Shown one piece after another: positions 57,770 to 64,000 of a stretch of DNA of 64,000 nucleotides. The DNA is from a bacterium (GTDB taxonomy: Bacteria; Omnitrophota; Gorgyraeia; Zapsychrales; Zapsychraceae). The stretch spans positions 9,663-73,662 of the forward strand of contig JAUIER010000018.1 in NCBI GenBank assembly GCA_030429765.1, read 5' to 3'. The stretch's first letter is position 1. Each line of letters begins with the position of its first letter. Under the pieces are notes generated by a model. It had not been told where the DNA came from, did no database searches, and saw only the letters and a list, made by a program, of their open reading frames with translations. Made by a program: the position numbers and the translations under genes.

Positions 57770-58828
57770 CTACACCCCTTCCTGTTGGGCCTTGATTTTT
57801 TCGGCGCAATCGTGACAAATCCCGCACAGCCGCCCCTGCTCCAACGACATACCGCAGGTCACCGGATCGTGACTGACCGACCGATGACACATCGAACATT
57901 CGCCCACACCCGTCAGCTGCACATGCGGATGCACGATCCAGCCGTTTAACAAAGTGATCCCGGCGATCATTTGTTCAAAGACCGGAAACAGCTGAGCCTG
58001 ATCTTTGGCCGCTCCCTCTCCTAAAAACTGAATCGCCACCTGACGACCGCGGCCGATAAAAGTCGTGACATTCAGCTCGCGCACCCGTCCGGCATCGGAA
58101 TCATACTCATACGTCAACCAGGCGGATGGCCAACCCATATGAAGCGTCTCGCGCGCGCCGATCATTTCAAAATTCGCAAAATGTCCGCTCAGATCCTGCT
58201 GGGCCTTGTTCATGTATACACTCAACGGAGATCCGTCATCGTCGAAGATATTGGTGAGTATAGTGACATATGGATTGGGTTGATCGTCCTTTTTTTCAAT
58301 CGCGCAGAGGCACACCGGCATCGTCCACGGCATCTGATTGGTCTGATTCTCATCCACCACCCGCCAGCCCGACGGATAGGGCAAACCGATATTGTACTCA
58401 TGGTTCACGTAAACCTGATCACAATCCACACATGGTTGATCGCGCTTGAGAACCTTCGCGGCAAAGTCGCGCCGCATCCGCTGCGCCTTCGTTAAGACAA
58501 CATTAAACAGGCTCAAACGCTGGCACAAATTATATACGCGTTCATAATTTTTCTGTGACCAGGCCTCTTCCATCTGATGGACAACAATATGGGCCGACGC
58601 ATCACGATCGACCGCCTCGAGGGTAGATTGACATCGCGGACAAGATAGTACGCCAACCGCGCGCCCGGACTGCTGGATGCACGCATCACACAAACGAATA
58701 CCGCATGACGGGCACAGCGCGTGCATGATCGACCATTGATCTGGAGCGTCCAGCGCTACCTGATTTCCCGACGGGACAGCCGACACGGAAATATTTCGAT
58801 CACACTCGGTGCATTTATAGACGGCCAT
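57770..58828 (-). CDS. Cys-rich zinc-ribbon protein, hypothetical
   Basis: N-terminal CxxC x3 (CTEC..CPSC..CDAC..CPRC) and C-terminal CSMC..CGICHDC, with an unassigned central domain. Confidence 0.55.
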   Translation of the reverse strand: MAVYKCTECDRNISVSAVPSGNQVALDAPDQWSIMHALCPSCGIRLCDACIQQSGRAVGVLSCPRCQSTLEAVDRDASAHIVVHQMEEAWSQKNYERVYNLCQRLSLFNVVLTKAQRMRRDFAAKVLKRDQPCVDCDQVYVNHEYNIGLPYPSGWRVVDENQTNQMPWTMPVCLCAIEKKDDQPNPYVTILTNIFDDDGSPLSVYMNKAQQDLSGHFANFEMIGARETLHMGWPSAWLTYEYDSDAGRVRELNVTTFIGRGRQVAIQFLGEGAAKDQAQLFPVFEQMIAGITLLNGWIVHPHVQLTGVGECSMCHRSVSHDPVTCGMSLEQGRLCGICHDCAEKIKAQQEGV

Positions 58829-58854
58829 TCATCTTCCCTATTTTGAACAATAAG

Positions 58855-61800
58855 CTACTTAAATAAAACATCGAGAAATTCATCGACGACAATCTCCTCC
58901 AATGACTTGGGTTGCGCCTCGGGTTGACCAGATTGTTGCGCGGGCTGTTCACCCGGCACGGGTGGAGCTCCGCTCTGATCCAATTGCGCGTCCGGGACCG
59001 GCTTAGGCGCCTTATTCCCGATCGCCTTGTCCAGCAATTTGCGGATCTCTGTTTCACCGGCGCGCCGGATAATATCTTTGAAAATCTCTGTCACCTCGAT
59101 CACCAATGGCGGTCCTTTGAGTTTGACCGGCAGACTGATTTCGCCTTGATCATTGTAGAGACGATTGAAGCCTTCCAGAGCGCGGTTAAATGCCGTCGAG
59201 AGATCCGCTGGAATACGGAACTGACCGTCCGCTGAATACTTCATATCAAAGCCGGCCTGACACAGGCCGCTAAAAATAAAATCATCCGACTCAACCACTA
59301 ACGGATTGAGCGCCGCGGCGCCATTCTGGATCACCACATTCATCATCGCTTTGCGAATGTGGGTATCGGGATCTTCCAGCCGCGCCAGATGCTCGGGACT
59401 CAATTTTTTACGGACACGCCGCGCGGCATCCGGCACAAATGAAATACGGTTGAGCACTTCGTTGAGGAAATTGATATCACGGATGACCGCGTCATTGACG
59501 ACTATCTGTCCGTCACCGGTTATCGAATTTAAATCCTTGAGTGATCCGCGGGCCTTGATCTGACCGCTGACCAGCCCTTGAAACTCATTGGACACGTCGG
59601 TCTGATCGACGACTTCAACCAAATCCACATCCTTAATCGACAATTGCCCATCAATCTGCTGGGCGCCCATATAGTCCGTCATACTAAACTGATTGTCGAT
59701 CGTTCCACGGCCAATTTGCATTGTATTGGGCTTCACCTTCAAGTTGCGTTCACGAAGTTCAAACTCCAGATCAGTCCCGCTGACCGGTTGCGGAAACTGT
59801 TCGAGTTCCAGTTTCCATTGTCGCAACGATCCATCCGCCGTCACCGACTCCAATCCCTTCTCACCCAACTGGACTTCTTTTACGTCGAAGGCAAGTTGAC
59901 CGGCCAATGTCTTGGGCATCACCGTGTCCTTTAACGCCTCCATACTCGACTGGACTTTTTGGATGTCCAGCGCGGCTAGGTCAATCTCTAAACGCGAATC
60001 GGAAATTCGGGTTGTTTTGCTGCGTTGATCGACAAACATCGTCCCGCGGGTCTTGATATTGGAGGTGTCATTGAGATAGGCCAGGCTGATATCAAAACCA
60101 AACGGCTTATCAAATTGAATCTGCGAAATACGGGCCTCGATCTGACGCGCATCAAAGTCTATACCCGGAACGATCTCCTGAATCGCCATCGCGCCATCCT
60201 TGAGTTGAATATCAGCCAATACCGAATCCACTCCTTTGGATGTACTGGTTAATTCTTCGACAATGATCTCAACATCACCGCTCATACCATCGGGAAACAT
60301 CACGTCCTTTAAGGCATCAATCTTGGACTTGATCCGTGAAAACGGCATGTCCGTCAAATTGGTTTGAATGCGCACATCTTTAAGCTTCTGGACCTGTTGC
60401 CGCGGATCGATCAGCATCTGACCGGCCACGGTCACATTCGGCGTTGAACTTTCATATCCCAGCTGGGCCGTGATATCAAACAGATCACCAAATGTAAAGT
60501 CACGGATCTTAAGCTCAATGGCGTTGGCATCCAGTGATACGCCGTCCATGATATCGCGGGCGCTGATCATCCCGTTGATCAGACCGATGTCCGCCCGCAC
60601 GGATTCAACCCCCTTGGAGCCGCTGATCAGCTCCCGGATAAATATGTCGATGTTGCCCGCCAATTTCTGCGGCCAGCGAATTCCTTTGAGAATCCGGACC
60701 TTATCCTCGACGACAGCAAGAGGGATAGTCGACAGATCACTTTGAATATTCATATTTTGAATTCGCACGCCATTGGTTTCCGGCAGTAACTCGACCCGCC
60801 CTTCGATCTTGACGTTTTGAGTATCACTTTCGTAGCCGATCGCACTCTTAAAATCAAACGGATCCTTGAGACTCACCCCGCGGGCGGTCAGGTCCATTTG
60901 TTTGAGCTTAATCGAGACATCCTTGGTGACGTCAGGAAAATCAACGCCGACTTTTTTGAGGGTGACATCCGCCCGCACATCTTTCAAACCTGTTGCATCC
61001 AGTTTCAACTGACTCAGGTGAATATCGGCCTGCCCGCTGAGTTGTTCCGGGAGCGGGATATCTTTAAGCGCGGTTAGCTGCGATTGAATTTGCTGGAAGG
61101 AAATTTTGTTCAGGTCGGCTGAGATGTTGACATCACTCGACGATAAACTCGTTTGATCCGCGCCTAACGTAAACTGCCCCTGAATCTTCAGATTTGGCTC
61201 GCGGTTCTCATACCCCATGCTGCTCGTCATACTGAACGGTCCTTGAAATCCCAAATCACGAATCGCCGCATCAAGTTGATACACCGCGAACGACACGCCC
61301 GGCGCGATTTCTTTCATCACCACACGACCGTTATTGACATCACAGTTCAATTCGATCTGATCTAAATTGTTGATTCCCTGTTCGGAAACGGAAACGTTAT
61401 CCAATGTGACAACCCATTGTCCGCCAAGATCCGACGGAATCGGCAAATCCTTGGCCGCCGGCAGCAATTTGATAAGGGCCAACGGCAAGTGATCCGCATC
61501 AAGCTGAATCCTGACATCCGACAAATCGGCTGACGATTGGGCAACATTGAGTTTGACGCGTGAATCCCAGGACACATTGCGGGTCTGTGACAAAACGGCC
61601 GCATTCAAATGCACATCAAAGGCCTTATCCAACGCAAATCCCTGCACCATCAACACCACCTGATTGAGCCCCATCTTCACCGGATTCTTCTGGGTCAAAT
61701 CCAGATAACTGATCGTCGCATCCTCGACGCTGATTGTATCTATGGCAATGGCAGGCACCGCCGCGACACCGGTCGTTGCGGACGACGCCCCGGCCTTCGC

Positions 61801-62235
61801 GCTCTTTGACGTGTTCAGCGCGGGAACGGATTGCACATTGAATACGCCCTCACGATTTTTAACCAGGGATATCTGCGGCGAATGCAGGACCACGCGCGGG
61901 ATAACAATTGACCGCGACTGAACAAACGGCATGATCGCCACTTCGGCCTCAACGGATTTGACCTTAACCATCGTTTCCGATCCAAAGTCCGGATGCTCCT
62001 GGATTTCCAGATCCGCTATCTGAAGGCGCGCGCCTTCGCTCAGCGAGGCCCTCAGCGAAATATCCCCTAACGATACATCACGCCCCAATTGTTCGGTCAT
62101 TGCCTTGACAATTTGCGGCTTGTACTGATTGGCATCAAAATTTTTGAGCATCACATATCCGGCCACGGCGGCAATCACCACGAGCACCACAAGGACCACG
62201 ATTAAAATCGTCAAAAACTTAAACAATTTCTTCAT
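58855..62235 (-). CDS. AsmA-family (TamB-like) large envelope protein
   Basis: N-terminal TM plus the AsmA N-domain (FDANQYKPQIVKAMTEQLGRDVSLGDISL). 1126 aa of repetitive beta-rich sequence. Confidence 0.75.
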   Translation of the reverse strand: MKKLFKFLTILIVVLVVLVVIAAVAGYVMLKNFDANQYKPQIVKAMTEQLGRDVSLGDISLRASLSEGARLQIADLEIQEHPDFGSETMVKVKSVEAEVAIMPFVQSRSIVIPRVVLHSPQISLVKNREGVFNVQSVPALNTSKSAKAGASSATTGVAAVPAIAIDTISVEDATISYLDLTQKNPVKMGLNQVVLMVQGFALDKAFDVHLNAAVLSQTRNVSWDSRVKLNVAQSSADLSDVRIQLDADHLPLALIKLLPAAKDLPIPSDLGGQWVVTLDNVSVSEQGINNLDQIELNCDVNNGRVVMKEIAPGVSFAVYQLDAAIRDLGFQGPFSMTSSMGYENREPNLKIQGQFTLGADQTSLSSSDVNISADLNKISFQQIQSQLTALKDIPLPEQLSGQADIHLSQLKLDATGLKDVRADVTLKKVGVDFPDVTKDVSIKLKQMDLTARGVSLKDPFDFKSAIGYESDTQNVKIEGRVELLPETNGVRIQNMNIQSDLSTIPLAVVEDKVRILKGIRWPQKLAGNIDIFIRELISGSKGVESVRADIGLINGMISARDIMDGVSLDANAIELKIRDFTFGDLFDITAQLGYESSTPNVTVAGQMLIDPRQQVQKLKDVRIQTNLTDMPFSRIKSKIDALKDVMFPDGMSGDVEIIVEELTSTSKGVDSVLADIQLKDGAMAIQEIVPGIDFDARQIEARISQIQFDKPFGFDISLAYLNDTSNIKTRGTMFVDQRSKTTRISDSRLEIDLAALDIQKVQSSMEALKDTVMPKTLAGQLAFDVKEVQLGEKGLESVTADGSLRQWKLELEQFPQPVSGTDLEFELRERNLKVKPNTMQIGRGTIDNQFSMTDYMGAQQIDGQLSIKDVDLVEVVDQTDVSNEFQGLVSGQIKARGSLKDLNSITGDGQIVVNDAVIRDINFLNEVLNRISFVPDAARRVRKKLSPEHLARLEDPDTHIRKAMMNVVIQNGAAALNPLVVESDDFIFSGLCQAGFDMKYSADGQFRIPADLSTAFNRALEGFNRLYNDQGEISLPVKLKGPPLVIEVTEIFKDIIRRAGETEIRKLLDKAIGNKAPKPVPDAQLDQSGAPPVPGEQPAQQSGQPEAQPKSLEEIVVDEFLDVLFK

Positions 62236-63022
62236 TCAGACTCCATGTTTGTTCCAGAGTATCTCTGAAAATCCGGTTTAACATTTCGGTGTCGCCCCGA
62301 ACCGCAGGCATTTCGGTCGATATGGATTCAAGCCGTTGCATCTGTTGATCGATGTATTGACTGATCACGGGAATCTTCGGCCCCGTCCCCATTTCACCAA
62401 CCGTTCGTTTCTGGGCAATTAAATCCTCGATCGCCCGATGCAGTGACGGCTGTTCGATCAGCCGATCGACCATATCCGTAAATCGCATCGGTACCGGCCC
62501 TAAATCGGCGAGGATCCATTCACAGGCCAATATCGGACGCAGCACATAAAAATATTTTTTTAGTTTTATTGTCTCGCCTTTACAGTGATCTTTATAGCTG
62601 CCTCGCGCCATATTCAGATAATGATGCATACACGCGCGGGCCGAAAAATATTGCGGCATTAGATCCCGTAAGGTCTGCGCCAAGACTCCCTGCTCTAGAT
62701 AACAAATCGGCGACTGTAACCATTCAACCATGGGCGGATTGGATTTACGATACAATTGCAGCGCCTTGGGCAAATCCCAGCCGCTCACGTCGAGCACCTC
62801 ATCAATCGGCCGCTCAATCACATCACGACCCGGATCAATACTCAGGTACCAGTCGCGCGGTCGGATATAGATGAACCGAACGTCATAATCACTGTCCGCG
62901 GATTCAAAGCCCCACGCGCGGGACCCCGATTCACAGGCATAGAGAATCTTGACGTGTTCCCGATCTTCAATATCTTTGAGTTCTTTCAGAATTTTGTCAT
63001 GCATGGTCAGAATTTTCGCCAA
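62219..63022 (-). CDS. Predicted nucleotidyltransferase (COG3541-like)
   Basis: YACESGSRAWGFESADSDYDVRF motif. Confidence 0.6.
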   Translation of the reverse strand: MAKILTMHDKILKELKDIEDREHVKILYACESGSRAWGFESADSDYDVRFIYIRPRDWYLSIDPGRDVIERPIDEVLDVSGWDLPKALQLYRKSNPPMVEWLQSPICYLEQGVLAQTLRDLMPQYFSARACMHHYLNMARGSYKDHCKGETIKLKKYFYVLRPILACEWILADLGPVPMRFTDMVDRLIEQPSLHRAIEDLIAQKRTVGEMGTGPKIPVISQYIDQQMQRLESISTEMPAVRGDTEMLNRIFRDTLEQTWSLNEEIV

Positions 63023-63041
63023 GGCTGAATAGTCACTGCCT

Positions 63042-63746
63042 TTATTTGGTTTTTTTCAAATGCCGTCGGGACTTCTCGATATAACCAAGGGCATCCGGTG
63101 TCTTACAACTGGTGTCGCCATGATCGACTTCGACCGGGCCGATCCGTCGTGCGACGGTTATCACCCGTTGGTGGACATCATCCCGATAAGTCCCCATGGC
63201 AATCAGGGCGGCATTCATCGCGCTGCGCGCCCGATTGGGACTTTGATGAATCTGCGCTTCGATCGTGGATAAATAAGTCAGGCATTGCCGTTTGGTTAAT
63301 CGCGGTGTTCCGTTTTTCAGAATTGTGGCCAATATATCATACCCGTTGTGACGGATGTACTCCCGACGTGAGCGCATCTCCTCCTCCATCAGGGCCACCG
63401 CAAAATCGCAACGCGCAAACAGTCCGCCGAGATAATTCGAGACCAGAAAAAAATCACATGGGCGGATCATCGCCTTGGCCGCGCGTTTAGTGACTTGAGC
63501 GGGATCGGCCACCATCGCCGCCAGGATCTGCGCGTCGCACACCGCGGTGTCCCACAGCTCCATCGCCAACTGATGCCGGCCGGCCGGATCCTTCTTATAT
63601 TCACGCATAATCCTCCGCTTGATCTTATCAAGCTGCCCAAAACTCACACCCAGATAGGACGGCGGCGCTCCATGACGACTCCACACCTTGCGATTCTGTG
63701 CTGTACCAAGCGTCTTGAGTTCCTGAAGAATTTGCTTAGCTGTCAC
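63042..63746 (-). CDS. DNA alkylation repair protein (AlkD/AlkC-like HEAT-repeat glycosylase family)
   Basis: N-terminus MTAKQILQELKTLGTAQNRKVWSRHG...YLGVSFGQLDKI characteristic of the family. Confidence 0.7.
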   Translation of the reverse strand: MTAKQILQELKTLGTAQNRKVWSRHGAPPSYLGVSFGQLDKIKRRIMREYKKDPAGRHQLAMELWDTAVCDAQILAAMVADPAQVTKRAAKAMIRPCDFFLVSNYLGGLFARCDFAVALMEEEMRSRREYIRHNGYDILATILKNGTPRLTKRQCLTYLSTIEAQIHQSPNRARSAMNAALIAMGTYRDDVHQRVITVARRIGPVEVDHGDTSCKTPDALGYIEKSRRHLKKTK

Positions 63747-63748
63747 GA

Positions 63749-63988
63749 CTATGATCCAATCTTCCCGTAACGTTGACGGTCTGTAAAATACAACACGATC
63801 GTTCGGTCATTATATTTCACCGGATAGTAAAGTTCATAGAATCCATCATGCGCGCTGAACCAGGGATCAGCCTTCGTACCGGCGAATACCTCGTCCAAAT
63901 AAATACGTTCATCCTTGGAGGCTGTATAAATAAAATCGGCGCGATCAAGCTTATCCTGATAGTGATACTGCAAAAATTGCAGCGTCAT
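63749..63988 (-). CDS. Hypothetical protein, possibly N-terminally truncated by the window edge
   Basis: ORF begins within 12 nt of the window end. Stop is 3 nt from the downstream gene start. Confidence 0.35.
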   Translation of the reverse strand: MTLQFLQYHYQDKLDRADFIYTASKDERIYLDEVFAGTKADPWFSAHDGFYELYYPVKYNDRTIVLYFTDRQRYGKIGS

Positions 63989-64000
63989 CGGCTTACCCTG

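Noticed and set aside
58855-62235. Apparent periodicity inside the AsmA gene (recurring GYES..., SSTPNV..., LKDV... protein segments).
   Set aside because: The repetition is at the protein-domain level, typical of AsmA/TamB beta-taco repeats, with no near-identical DNA tandem repeats. It is not a mobile or CRISPR-like repeat.

Overview
This 64-kb window is bacterial chromosomal DNA of moderate-to-high GC, judged by eye and not computed. The organism looks diderm: the window encodes an AsmA-family protein, an outer-membrane beta-barrel candidate, many lipoproteins and two PEP-CTERM (exosortase-sorted) proteins. I call about 79 protein-coding genes. More than 95% of them lie on the minus strand. 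I found no rRNA genes, tRNA genes or CRISPR arrays in any intergenic gap.

Recognisable content:
- secreted thermonuclease and a 4-oxalocrotonate tautomerase
- amino-acid (APC-family) permease fused to a PTS EIIA(Ntr)-like domain
- DUF547 protein and a large HprK-like P-loop protein
- NhaR-like LysR regulator
- NUDIX hydrolase, Bcp peroxiredoxin and glutathione peroxidase
- a lipid-modification cluster that recalls the operons found next to cfa (cyclopropane-fatty-acid synthase) genes: SDR, NAD-binding/DUF2867, DUF1295, NTF2-like, CFA-synthase-like methyltransferase, chalcone-isomerase-like
- PAS-LuxR regulator, fasciclin, pirin and HxlR
- DnaQ-like exonuclease fused to a GIY-YIG nuclease
- metY, an SPFH protein and an MscS channel
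- two tandem ABC ATPase plus polytopic-membrane modules with a GntR regulator
- GH16-PEP-CTERM protein, alpha/beta hydrolase, metallophosphoesterase and ankyrin protein
- YeeE/YedE pair, endonuclease/exonuclease/phosphatase (EEP) family nuclease, THUMP RNA methyltransferase and archaemetzincin-like protease
- AsmA, a nucleotidyltransferase and a DNA alkylation repair protein

Accessory-looking parts are AT-rich islands at about 22.9-23.4 kb, 24.8-31.0 kb and 50.2-51.6 kb. The 24.8-31 kb island holds a membrane-anchored M16 peptidase among unknown secreted and membrane proteins.

Non-coding structure:
- a MITE-like repeat family with 22-bp terminal inverted repeats (three full copies and one solo end)
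- a second family of roughly 100-bp hairpin elements placed exactly between metY, SPFH and MscS
- two intrinsic terminators
- candidate palindromic operators upstream of the ABC operon array

Many track ORFs begin at alternative start codons. Where a signal peptide or ribosome-binding site supported it, I trimmed the N-terminus and say so in the evidence.
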